From Epithemia pelagica (Eukaryota; Protista; Bacillariophyta): a stretch of DNA of 64,000 nucleotides. The stretch spans positions 372,001-436,000 of the forward strand of contig OX337241.1 in NCBI GenBank assembly GCA_946965045.2, written 5' to 3'. The notes beneath the pieces were generated by a model. That model worked only from the letters and a program-made list of their open reading frames with translations, did not search any database and was not told the origin of the DNA. The position numbers were made by a program, and so were the translations under genes. Of this stretch, positions 24,110 through 34,765 are shown piece by piece (the stretch's first letter is position 1; each line of letters begins with the position of its first letter).

Positions 24110-24793
24110 ATGTCCCACAACATGTCCAACCACAACCACAACGAAGTACCACGACCACCACTGCCCAACCGTCCCAATGATTCTACGTATTGGGTGATTC
24201 CGGGACGATTCTTGGCCGGAGAATATCCAGCCGTAGTACACGGTGACGAACAAGCCTCGCGTGTGAAATTGCGTCGTTATTTGCAAGTCTCGGGTATCAC
24301 GCACGTGTTGGATTTGACCCGACCCGGAGAATGCACCGACTATCATACCTGGCTGTGGCAAGAAGCGGCGGCCCTCCAACAAACCGTGACGGTCGAACGC
24401 ATCTCCATTCCGGATTATGACATTCCGTCCTCTCCAGACGTGATGATGGAAATTTTGAATCGATTGGATGCCATTCTCTCGAATAATCCCAACAATCGCG
24501 TCTATGTCCATTGTCGAGGAGGTATTGGTCGCACGGGAACCGTCGTGGGATGCTTCTTGGCACGACAATTCTGGAACCAACACCAACAACAACCGCAAAC
24601 TCCCAGGATGCTGCAAGACATTGGAATGCGGGCCTGGCACGAAACCAATCGCCTGTTTCAAGCATCGGCTCAAAGTCGTGCGGCTACGGGACAACCAATC
24701 CAATCGCCCGAAACCATTCCCCAACAACGCTACGTTGTAAATTGGCCCATGTACGAACAACAACAACAAGAACAACAACAACAATCGTCCTGA
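24110..24793 (+). CDS. Dual-specificity / protein-tyrosine phosphatase family protein (227 aa)
   Basis: Intact CX5R motif VYVHCRGGIGRTGT; YWVIPGRFLAGEYP; IPDYDIP; SPETIPQQRYV. ATG at 24110 follows an AC-rich leader. Confidence 0.85.
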   Translation: MSHNMSNHNHNEVPRPPLPNRPNDSTYWVIPGRFLAGEYPAVVHGDEQASRVKLRRYLQVSGITHVLDLTRPGECTDYHTWLWQEAAALQQTVTVERISIPDYDIPSSPDVMMEILNRLDAILSNNPNNRVYVHCRGGIGRTGTVVGCFLARQFWNQHQQQPQTPRMLQDIGMRAWHETNRLFQASAQSRAATGQPIQSPETIPQQRYVVNWPMYEQQQQEQQQQSS

Positions 24794-26020
24794 TTCTACG
24801 GATACATTGTGAATTGACCCGTATACGAGAACACCAACACCCACACCACGCCCCAGTCGCAACAAGAATCAAAGAACTAGTTCCATACGAAAGAGAGAGA
24901 GAGAGAGAGTCGTTGGGGTTTGAAACCCTGGATCCAGAAGCGAATGATTCTTTGATACCAATGAATGGATTCTGTGAAACCAACAAGACAGTGCGAAAAC
25001 ACCAGAACATTAGTAGTAGTGCCATTGTGGTCTTCTCTTGAGGAACGCGCAAGTAAAACGTTCTATTATATTTACTGGTTGAGCGTCTCCGAGTACCATC
25101 TTATACATTCATCTCCTTGTATTAACAGCCGACCAACTCTCTCAACATATATAGGTGACAGCACGCACTGAAGGACCCCAAATAAAACGAACCACAACGA
25201 TTTGAGCAGGACAATGCAATTGTCGTAGTAGTAGTAGTCAACAAGAACCATTCGAGTAGTAGGATCCGGAACAAGCCAAACACTGTGTCGGTTCCAGATG
25301 GCGCGTTTGAAACGTGAATTGTGCCACGCGGCAATTTTGGTTCCAACCAACTACCACTATCGAAAACGTCTTGTTCCCATTCCGAATCATACGAATCTCT
25401 TTCGTACCGTGTGGTGTCACGACCGTTTCGTTTCATCTCCGTCTCATTATCATCATCATCATGTCCACAACACCCACGACTCTGGACAAGAGCTGGGGGT
25501 ACACTCGACTCTGCTTCATGATGGTACTTGGTCCACCACTTGTCGTGATCCATATCTCGTGGTGCAGCAGCATTCTGAATGGTAAGACACTGTAGGTCGG
25601 ATGTTATCGTGGTGGTGTTGTACTGGCAGAGGGTTTCTCGACCTTATGTGCCACCATGGGTTCTTGGCACAAAACAACAGGATCGCTCCACCCTGTCCGT
25701 GTTGTGAGTGATGTGGGATTGCATCTCACACTGTGCCATATGCTCTATATGACTGTCTGTGGATCCCATTCTCTCTTTATCTCATCGGCAGCCAACTCCA
25801 CCAACCTGTCTCGAGGGGCACAACTCGTGTGGACCCTGTGTCATGTTTGCCTTTACATTACCAGTAAGTGAGAATTGGCTGGATGTGCATGCATCCGCTT
25901 TCCATTCACGTGTCGTACTCGGTTGATTGTTGGTATCGTTCTTTGATTGCTCACTGGAGGTCTCTCTCTTGTTCTCTTGTACCGTTCAAATCACGGAGAG
26001 CAGATTGGATCGAACTTGGC

Positions 26021-27769
26021 ATGTACATGGCACAACGACTCAAGAATCATCCCATCTCGCATCCTTCGTCCACTTGTAATCCCGGGACGGTTCCTCCCAG
26101 TTGTAACGAGCGCATGATGCGTGATGCAAGTGTACGGGACACTGCCAACCTGTGCTCCGACCACAATAAGAATAATAAAAAGAAGAAGAAAGACGAGGGA
26201 AACCAGCACAATGACCAGGACAACAACAACAACGACGACGACGACGAAGAAGAAGAATGGTCCCTGATTCATGGAGGAGGAGAACCGTCCTTGTTTCCAG
26301 CATCCAACCAACCAAAACTACGAAACAATGCACAAAATAATGTCATGAAAAAGGAACAGACAAGTACGGTGGACAAATCACTGCCATCATCCACAGTGGA
26401 CCCACCAAGAGACACTGTGCAGTCTTCCAGTAGCCAAATCCGCAGCGACCAAGGCAAGAGATCCATTGTGACCAACTCGAGTGATAAAGTTGCCACCCAA
26501 ACGTCGTCATCCTCCGATACTATCATGTCCAAACACCCCATGGTGGAGGAATTTCTCTGGGCCATTCGATGGATCACCCAGATTCTGATCACCCTCCTTT
26601 TCGTTATTCCTTGGGTGCTAGGATCTATGCGGTCCAGCTGGCTGGTTCCTTATTCCTGGTTGCACCATCCTCCTCGAGCAGCCCCGTCCTTCTTTGTGGA
26701 ATATTCCCGAACCGAGCTTCGTCAGAATCCCGAGGCTCGTCGAGCGGCGCAACAACTCTTTGTGGAAGCGTCCCACGCCTATCAAACCTTGATCACGGCC
26801 ACGCCCAATGAATTGCAAGCTCACATCGCGGAGTGGCACCGTCCACCTCGCCCTTGTGACACTTGGTTCCTCCTCCCTACACTGCTTCGCGTGGTCGTTT
26901 GGACGTGTACGGCCCTCTTGGTCGCGCGCACCATGGTGTATTGGTACTCTTGCAGGATCCAGACGGCCGTTGTCAACCAGCCATTGGACGTTCCTCCAAA
27001 GGAAACCAACAACAAGAATGATAGTCGTTCGACCAACGTCACAAAAAAGGACAGGGACCCGAACAAAACGAGTGCCAACGCATCCATCCTCCCCAAACAC
27101 TGCAACAACAACAACAACAACAACAATAGTTGCAGCGCTATCCAGCCGGCGGGTGAGGCTCATAACGACGACAAAAATGATAGTCCTTCGACAAACGTCA
27201 CAAAGGACACGGACCAGACAACGAGTGCAGACGCATCCATTCTCCCCAAACACTGCAACAGCAACAACAGCGCTCTCCATCCGGCCGGTGAGGCCCGTAA
27301 CTTGATATCCAATCAGGACTCTTTTCGTTCCGAACACACATCGAAAGAAGAAACCAAAGGGCAACCACCACCACAAACGATTTCTCTCGACAACTCGTCC
27401 CATTCCAGAATCCTTGGAATCTCCTCCAGCTACTGGTCTTACTTCCAACAACACACCCACAGTATTCTTATTTTTATTTGGAACACAGTGGTCTATTGGA
27501 ATGCACAAACCACAAAGGTGATGGAGCATTGGATGTACCACAATGGTCGTTTCACCCCGTGTCTGATGGTGCTCAGTGTCCTGCTAAGTCACTTGTTGGT
27601 GCCGTGGATCGACTCCTTGTGGAACCTGGATCCGTGTCGTCACACGACGGACCACCCGAATCCCTTTGTGGCACTGCACATGGAGGAGCCCACAACCGAC
27701 TTGGATCTCATCAAGCAAGCCTATCGCAAACTCTCCCTCCTCTATCATCCGGATTTTTATTCCGAGTAG
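26021..27769 (+). CDS. Putative membrane protein ending in a truncated J-domain
   Basis: Hydrophobic segments WAIRWITQILITLLFVIPWVLG and LLRVVVWTCTALLVARTMVYWY. C-terminus [35 protein letters not shown]. The start codon is uncertain (first ATG is 26021). Confidence 0.6.
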   Translation: MYMAQRLKNHPISHPSSTCNPGTVPPSCNERMMRDASVRDTANLCSDHNKNNKKKKKDEGNQHNDQDNNNNDDDDEEEEWSLIHGGGEPSLFPASNQPKLRNNAQNNVMKKEQTSTVDKSLPSSTVDPPRDTVQSSSSQIRSDQGKRSIVTNSSDKVATQTSSSSDTIMSKHPMVEEFLWAIRWITQILITLLFVIPWVLGSMRSSWLVPYSWLHHPPRAAPSFFVEYSRTELRQNPEARRAAQQLFVEASHAYQTLITATPNELQAHIAEWHRPPRPCDTWFLLPTLLRVVVWTCTALLVARTMVYWYSCRIQTAVVNQPLDVPPKETNNKNDSRSTNVTKKDRDPNKTSANASILPKHCNNNNNNNNSCSAIQPAGEAHNDDKNDSPSTNVTKDTDQTTSADASILPKHCNSNNSALHPAGEARNLISNQDSFRSEHTSKEETKGQPPPQTISLDNSSHSRILGISSSYWSYFQQHTHSILIFIWNTVVYWNAQTTKVMEHWMYHNGRFTPCLMVLSVLLSHLLVPWIDSLWNLDPCRHTTDHPNPFVALHMEEPTTDLDLIKQAYRKLSLLYHPDFYSE

Positions 27770-28180
27770 CTGTGTAATCTATAAAAAGACGTTTCGCCTG
27801 TACTAAACTAGTACCTCCCAAAGTCCGACCATTTTCCAAGAGATATCATAATAGATGAGGAACCAACGACGAGCACTTCTCCTTTTGTCTCGTTCGAGTT
27901 TGTCAAACGGCAATCAACTCCTCATGTCCTCATGGTGAAATCGCTGTGAGTATGACGTACCTCTGCAAGGAATCATCCCGAATCCCGACAGAAAATTCAA
28001 AACGTCCGGGTCCTTAATGCTCTTCATCCTTTTGTCTTTTGTGTCTTGTGTCGCCTTTGTATTCTTCAACAAGGAAGACTTAACAGCACAATTTCTGAGG
28101 TGTACGTCAGCCAATTCCACCGTCTCTTATTCTTTCTTGAATCTTGAAGCAGGGTCCAATCAGTGTACTAGTTACCAGTG

Positions 28181-28372
28181 CGAGTACGAGTGCTACTCGT
28201 ATGTGATCAAGATTCGAGTACTCGTACTGGTACTCGTAGAATACACTCGGTACTCGTACCTCGTACGCGATGGGGTGTGCCGGTTGCCTCACTCGGGACT
28301 CGGTACGAGTCCCGAATACCAATACTCGTACCCAATCTGCAGAAAACTGTACTCGTGGAGTCTTGTTCCCCA
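28181..28372. repeat. Cluster of ACTCG/CGAGT motifs with perfect palindrome and hairpin
   Basis: About 14 ACTCG-type motifs in both orientations in 190 bp. Palindrome CGAGTACTCG at 28215-28224. Hairpin TCGGGACTCG-gta-CGAGTCCCGA at 28293-28315. Confidence 0.75.
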
Positions 28373-28664
28373 TACTTCATACACTTTTGACTATCGACAA
28401 TAATTGTGTACCTCCCAGCCGACATCCGAAATTGGACTCCATGCCTCAGAAATTCACGTTCACTGGGTCAGAAAAAGTGTTATGGAACTTATGGACCGAA
28501 GGGCGTCGTGGAGGGCTCAACCAAAGTGCAGAGTAACAAGGGGACGCCGAGCACCAAGCCGCGAAATCCCTTTTGGCGTGAGCTCCGTGGCTCCATTCCA
28601 CGGTCCGCGGTGTTGTGTTGCACAACCGAGCGACGTTTTGTATTCACGCCACTGGACTACCACC

Positions 28665-30299
28665 ATGGCTTCGCCTCGTCCCTCCACTGCCATGCCCCCA
28701 GCAGACGAATCGAAGGATCATGAACTCATGAAGACGACGACAACGACGACCAGTGTTGCTGCTTTGTCGGCGGATCCGCCGACGGCCCAGAAACGTCGCA
28801 AACCACGATCCAAAAAGCTGGACTTTGACTTTCCGGTGGAACCTCGGACCATTCAAGTGGTCAAGAAACCCAAAACCTTTGTCGATCATTCGTATCGAGA
28901 CTTTAGTGGTGTGCCACCCTCCCTCAAGCAACAGCAAGACGACGACGACTCAAACGCCAAGAAACCAATTTCGGAAATGACCTTTGCCGAAAAAGTCTTT
29001 GACATGTTACAGGAGGAACGCTATGCCAATTGGATTACCTGGTTGCCTCATGGCCGGGGCTTTAAAATTACCGTGCCCAAATTGCTCGAAACAAGTCGCG
29101 TCTTGCAACAATATTTTGGCCACAATCGGTACTCATCCTTTTTGCGACAACTCAACAATCATGGATTCAAACACTTGACACGGGGCATGGATCGGAATTC
29201 CTATTATCACGAATGTTTTTTGCGTGGCTTGCCCCACTTGCTTCCGTACATACCACCGGGACGCGATGCCCGACGACTCTTGCCCGATCCCGACAATGAA
29301 CCAGATTTGTACGCCATTTCAAGATTGTGTCCCCTCCCCGATCATCCAGTCCACAAGAACAAGAACGAGATGGACCCAAACACGAACAAGGACGAAACAG
29401 CACCCACTTCCACAACGTTAGCGACTGCCATGGTTCCTGCTCCGCTGAATGCTTCTTCTTCTACTATGACGACGACACCTTCTCGATCCAACCGAGAGTT
29501 GCCGCCCTTGACGGCCACCAGTCTTTCTCAGTTGGCCGGATCCTTGTCGCAAACGACTCATCCGAATCATCATACCCCAGTGAGTCTTTCGTTGCAGTCT
29601 CTTCAAGCGGCTGCTCGTGAACAACAACAACAATTGGAACAGGCTCAGGTTGCGGCTTCCTTGGAAAAGGTGGCTTCGTTGCAACAACAAGTGGCCTCCC
29701 TCGAACAAGTGGCGTCCCTGCAACAACAAGCCGCGTCCTTGGAACAAGCCGCCGCCCTCCAACAACAAGCGGCAGCTCTGCGACAACAAGTCGCCTCGCT
29801 GACCGATGCAGCAGCGTCATCGTCATCGTCTCTCCAGCAACAACAAGCCGCCGAGGCACTGCTCTTGAGCCGGCGTCCTCCCCCAGTCACTCCTAAAAGT
29901 CTGCAACAACACCAACAACAAGCCGATGTGGCTCGGTCGCTTGCAGTTCAACAGCATGTCGCCGCCCTGCAACGACAGCAGCAACAACAACAACAAACAT
30001 CTGCCGTGGCCACTGCCTTGTGGAAGGAACAAGCCGCCGATGCGTTCTCCTATTTGGCCTCCTTGGTCACTGCTGCCGCCAACCCCAAGACTGTGGTTCC
30101 CGAGCCACCACTGCGAAACGCTCGCCTCATGGACGATCCAGCCGTCCTCGCACTCTTGTTGCAGCAGCAACAGCAACAACAATCGCGTACCAATCCCTCG
30201 GTCCTGGCACTCTTGTTGCAGCAACAACAGCAGCAACAGCAATCGCGTTCCAATCCCTCGAGAGGAGGAGGGCCGTCCTCCTCCTTGTTTGGAGGATAA
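28665..30299 (+). CDS. Heat shock factor (HSF-type DNA-binding domain) transcription factor
   Basis: TFAEKVFDML...ITWLPHGRGFKI...YFGHNRYSSFLRQLNNHGFK...YYHECFLRG, followed by a Q/A-rich coiled-coil region. ATG 28665 was chosen; upstream in-frame starts exist. Confidence 0.9.
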   Translation: MASPRPSTAMPPADESKDHELMKTTTTTTSVAALSADPPTAQKRRKPRSKKLDFDFPVEPRTIQVVKKPKTFVDHSYRDFSGVPPSLKQQQDDDDSNAKKPISEMTFAEKVFDMLQEERYANWITWLPHGRGFKITVPKLLETSRVLQQYFGHNRYSSFLRQLNNHGFKHLTRGMDRNSYYHECFLRGLPHLLPYIPPGRDARRLLPDPDNEPDLYAISRLCPLPDHPVHKNKNEMDPNTNKDETAPTSTTLATAMVPAPLNASSSTMTTTPSRSNRELPPLTATSLSQLAGSLSQTTHPNHHTPVSLSLQSLQAAAREQQQQLEQAQVAASLEKVASLQQQVASLEQVASLQQQAASLEQAAALQQQAAALRQQVASLTDAAASSSSSLQQQQAAEALLLSRRPPPVTPKSLQQHQQQADVARSLAVQQHVAALQRQQQQQQQTSAVATALWKEQAADAFSYLASLVTAAANPKTVVPEPPLRNARLMDDPAVLALLLQQQQQQQSRTNPSVLALLLQQQQQQQQSRSNPSRGGGPSSSLFGG

Positions 30300-31522
30300 A
30301 CAGCCTTTTGCTATTTCGTTTTCCATTGATCCAAACGTACCACGGTTTTCGGTTTCCTCTCGTGTGTCGTATTGGAGAATTTCATTTTTCTGTCCGATCC
30401 GGCGGGTGTATAACTTCTGTCATCCATCCGACATTTTTTTTTCATTTTAGTTTTTACTTAAAATTATAACTCAGTTTTTTCTCTAAAAACAGTAATTATA
30501 ACGTCCATAGCAACTGTCATAACTGGCTTCGCGCGCTTCGCCCTGGCTTTGGCTTGATACTTGATACGGAGCACGACGCGAAGAAATCCCACACAAGGAT
30601 GAACAGTGAACACACACGTGAAACAGAAAAAAACATGCACAAACACAAGACAAGTGGCAATGGCCCACAACAAGGAAAGCTCTTAGTACATTGACTGAAC
30701 CTAAAATACAAGCATAGTCAACTCTATATGTATCTAGGTACTCCTCCTATTTGTTTAGGCTTCCTGGCCCTATCCATTGTATTGTGTCCTTCCTTAGACT
30801 CTGATGTCGTCCACACACTGGTTGATTGTCATCTTGTCATTTTTCATCCTTCTTCTCATTCGGTTGATTGCCGCGTTTACTGATGATCCAGGGGGTAGAT
30901 CTTGACAGTAGTATTCATGCTATGGTCATTCATTTTGCTGGATTGTTCGATTTTGTTGCAGCCCCATTGTCATTTCTTGTTGTTCGTCGAATAGTGAGAA
31001 GTGAGACGATTCATGGCACAAAATACGAGGCGAGGCCGGCGTTCAGATTTCAACGATCGAAGGCAGGCTGACGATTTGACATGGCAGGCGCTTTGGAAAA
31101 AAAACAAGAGGCCAAAGTTGGGCAACGCACGAAGGACAGAAAATATACACCTCTTGAATCGTTCCCATAAACCGCAGTTTCTTCTTTCTTGCCACGCATG
31201 TATATCGTTTCGTGTGGCGCACTGGACTAGGGGGAGCCTGTGTGGATTGGATCGACACTATACTAGGTCCACGATACATGGAGAGTCTCGAATCATGATG
31301 CATCCTATTACCTAGAGATAGAGATTGAGAAGAGAGGATGATGAGCAGATTAGGAATTACTCCCTAGGAGTCAGGATATCATTAGCGCTAGGGTTACCAT
31401 GCGATCTGCGTTCCGAAGTCGCGGTTTGGTCGTCTTAAAGTGATGGTATCTTTGTGGAGCATCGTCGTATCTTTTTGTGTTTCCTCTTGTCCATGGCGTT
31501 CTACTGGTTGCCGTCCTTTTCC

Positions 31523-32614
31523 ATGAGTCTCAATCCTTGCCGTGCGCCTCTTCTTCTTGCTGTCGTCGTATCCTTCTTCCTCTTCTTGTGGACTGATTCG
31601 GTTCAGTCCTTTTCTCCCATTCGTCCAACATTGTCCAGCATCTCAGGACCCCGTATTACTCCAACGGCTCAATCTATTCATACCATGTCCTCCTCGCTCC
31701 TCCAGGCCTCCTCCTCCTCGCCAAACAGGGATGATGAAAAAGAGGATTTTGACGACACTACCATTCGGGACCCGACGGATTCAAGTAGGGCCACCAACGA
31801 AGAATCTTCTCTTGCTGTTCATCCCTTTTGCAAATTGCCAGGCGATCCATCCTTGTTGTTGACGACCAATGTCAATTTGGGAAGCAAAAAAGTGGAACTC
31901 ATGAAAGGTAGGATAGGACAATGATGGACCACAAGCACGACACATGTGTGCCGTCGGTCGCAGTCTCATGCTCACTCTCACACACACTCTTTGCTTTGTT
32001 TGTTTGTTTGTTTTTTTTGGACATTAGCCATGTCCAAAGCCATTTCGGAATGTACTGGAAAACCAGAATCCTATGTGGGTACGTTCTATACTACTATAGA
32101 CTGTGATGGGATCGGATCCCCGAGAAGAATAGAATGAATCTCTAGAACAACAAGACATTGCACAACACAACCATTCTACTGGGTCTCGTGTGTGTGTGTT
32201 TGATATCACGTTCTCACAACATGCACCTTCTTGTTTCTATTTTTTTGGACGTTCTTTCTCATGTCCTTGTTTCTTCTTTTGGCGCTTGGTTTGATTTTGG
32301 GGTGGTGGTGGTTGTTATTATTGTGGTTCTTGTTTGGACCTGTTGTCGTCTCACACATTTATACATCTGTTTCAGCCGTTTCCATTACCGATCAAGCCAG
32401 TCTCGTGTTTGGAGGATCGGAGGATCCGGCCGCCTTGGGCGTCTTGTATTCGATTGGAGCCATTGGCAAGGAAAGCAATGGGGCCATTACCAAGGCGGTC
32501 ACCGACTTGTTGTCGGTCGATGAATTTGGTGTCGCGGAAAATCGCATTTACCTCAACTTTTTTGACATGCCACGGGCCAATGTGGGATGGAGCCGACGAA
32601 CCTTTGCGGGATAA
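31523..32614 (+). CDS. MIF / tautomerase-family protein with a bipartite (probably plastid) presequence, 3 exons
   Basis: Exons 31523-31907, 32028-32078 and 32376-32614 join through GT-AG phase-1 introns. MIF core PSLLLTTNV...TGKPESYVAV...FGGSEDPAA...SIG...RIYLNFFDMPRANVGW. Signal peptide ends in VQS-FSP. Confidence 0.85.
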
Positions 32615-32890
32615 GAATAAATAGAAAACTCCTTATCCGACACAACCAAACCTAAAAACCAAGCAACCGAAACAAGATCCAATTAAAAGAAGAAGAAGAA
32701 GAATACCACACAAGGAACGTCTACCTATATTCACAACATCATAGTAGGAATTCTCACAAACGAGAGAGAGATTCGAGGACAAAGGCCTCTACCCGAGTCG
32801 AGAAGAGTTTCTACTGGAAGCGCGATTAGGGAGACGCTTTCTAGGTCTAATCCCGGTAGCTGCCACGGGGCCGACAGCGAGTCGCCTTAC

Positions 32891-34052
32891 TTACTTACGT
32901 CCGTCCTTGCGTTGTAGTACCTTGGATGCTGGTTTGAGGATTTGAAAGGAGCACATGAGGGATTCGTCAATGTTCATGATTGCTCCGCTGTTGTCAAACT
33001 CTCCGCAATAGTTGGGAGCGGAAAAAATGGTGACGAGACCCCGTTGGGCAAAAAATTCGTACCCATCCTCCACCACCTGGTGGGCACGACATATCAAATC
33101 TAGATCGTGCTTCTCCAGGAATTTGGTCACAATGTCCTCTCCGAACGTGAAGGAGACACCTCGATCGTTTTCGCCCCATCCATGGATGCCCTTTTCGGGA
33201 TCCCCCCAAATGAGGTCACACAACAGCCCGTGTTCGGGAATTCTCGTGGGCCGGCGAATCCTTTGGAGCTGATCGAGGCTGGTCAGCTCGGGGCTGAGTC
33301 CCCCATGGACACACAAAATCTTGTCGTCAATGACGGCGGAAATCGGAAGGCACTCAAACACTTGGCAAAACCGTTTCCAGAGTTTGGCATTCTTGTACCG
33401 CCGTTTGCATTCGGAAAAAAAGCCATAAATTTGAGAAATGGTCGCACACTCATGGTTGCCTCGGAGCAGAAAAAAGTTTTCGGGATATTTAATCTTGTAG
33501 GCCAACACCAGTGACATGCACTCGAGGCTCTGTTCGCCCCGATCCACATAATCGCCAAGAAACAGGTAGTTGGCCTCGGGCGGGAAGCCCCCAAACTCAA
33601 AAATTCTCAACAAATCGTAGTACTGGCCGTGAATATCTCCCACAATCTTGAGTGGGGCGGACAATTCCAGCATGGATGGCTGCGCGAGCAAAATCGCCAT
33701 GGCTTGATGGCACAGCAGTTCCACCTCCGACTCGAGCAGATCCACCACCGTTCCTGGTTTCTTTTGGCGAACGCTTTCCGAAAACAAAAAAGACAAAACA
33801 CGACGCAGCAGCAAACGATTCGTTTTGAGAGACAAACCAGGACATTCTACAGCGTCCATTCCAGCAAGGTCCGCTGGGCTCGTCATCACCTCCCAAGATG
33901 ATGATGATGATACTGATACTGATGGAATGGAGAGCAGCCTACCTGAGTAATTTCTCAATGATGGCATCGATTGGGTCCGGCTGTTCTTCGGCAGCTACGG
34001 CGTCGTTGTTGTTGTTGTTTCGAGTCGACATGGGACGTCGTATCCTCTTCAT
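32891..34052 (-). CDS. PP1: Serine/threonine protein phosphatase 1 catalytic subunit (about 330 aa, 2 exons)
   Basis: [38 protein letters not shown] and [11 protein letters not shown]. Exon 34052-33943 and intron 33942-33774 (GTAGGC...AAAG) restore [17 protein letters not shown]. Confidence 0.93.
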
Positions 34053-34546
34053 TGCCGTCTTCTTTTTGTGTGTTATTTTACCGGTCTATGTATTGTGGAA
34101 CTCCTAAGCGGTAAGCGATCAGAGGAGTGGGGCGTCCGGTCCCGGCGAGAGAAAATCTGCAACAGGCCGTGGGGAGTAAAGTGGTGTTACCGGGGCGAAG
34201 TTCGTTCTGGCTAAGTTTGCCAGCTGGGTTGTGCGCGATCTTTGTGCTGTTGTGTGTGCTCTGTTGGCCGCAATTTGGTTGTTGTCTCATATCGAATCGG
34301 AATACTAAGGATTACTATAGATACCACGATTCTTCTGGCATTCCGGCGAGAGAAATTGTGAGGCGCGCCGCCGAGAGAAAAAGGCCTCCTGCTGTTTTTG
34401 GCCTATCCATGGTCGTCCGGCGAGGAAGTTCGTCTTTTGTCGCGTATCGATCGCGTTAGAGTCGCTCAAATGTCCCGGAAGAGTGACATCTGGCAAAGAA
34501 CAATTCGGGAGGACGACGACATGACCATGAGATCTCCGAGAAGAGA

Positions 34547-34549
<3 letters not shown>

Positions 34550-34579
<30 letters not shown>
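34550..34579. repeat. (GA)15 microsatellite in the divergent PP1 / PPR intergenic region
   Basis: Perfect GA dinucleotide run, read directly. Confidence 0.9.
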
Positions 34580-34582
<3 letters not shown>

Positions 34583-34765
34583 TTGTTGCCGATTGCTGCA
34601 CACCATTCCTCTCGTCCTTGATTTCTCGCCTCAATTATTGTGTATAGAATATAGAGACCCCCAAAACGAGAACCACAACAACACGGACTTGATAGAGAAA
34701 ATCAAGGCCCGTAGAGGTCACAGAGTTCTTTGTTTGCCACAGCGCCAACCATATAATACAAGCAG

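Noticed and set aside
25122-25553. 143-aa minus-strand ORF with an acidic N-terminus and hydrophobic C-terminus
   Set aside because: No motif, splice or homology support that I can see. It may be real but cannot be supported from the sequence alone.
27700-27760. The truncated J-domain motif AYRKLSLLYHPD is identical to that of SEC63 in this window
   Set aside because: The DNA differs at many synonymous sites and the motif is generic to J-domains, so there is no evidence of local copying.
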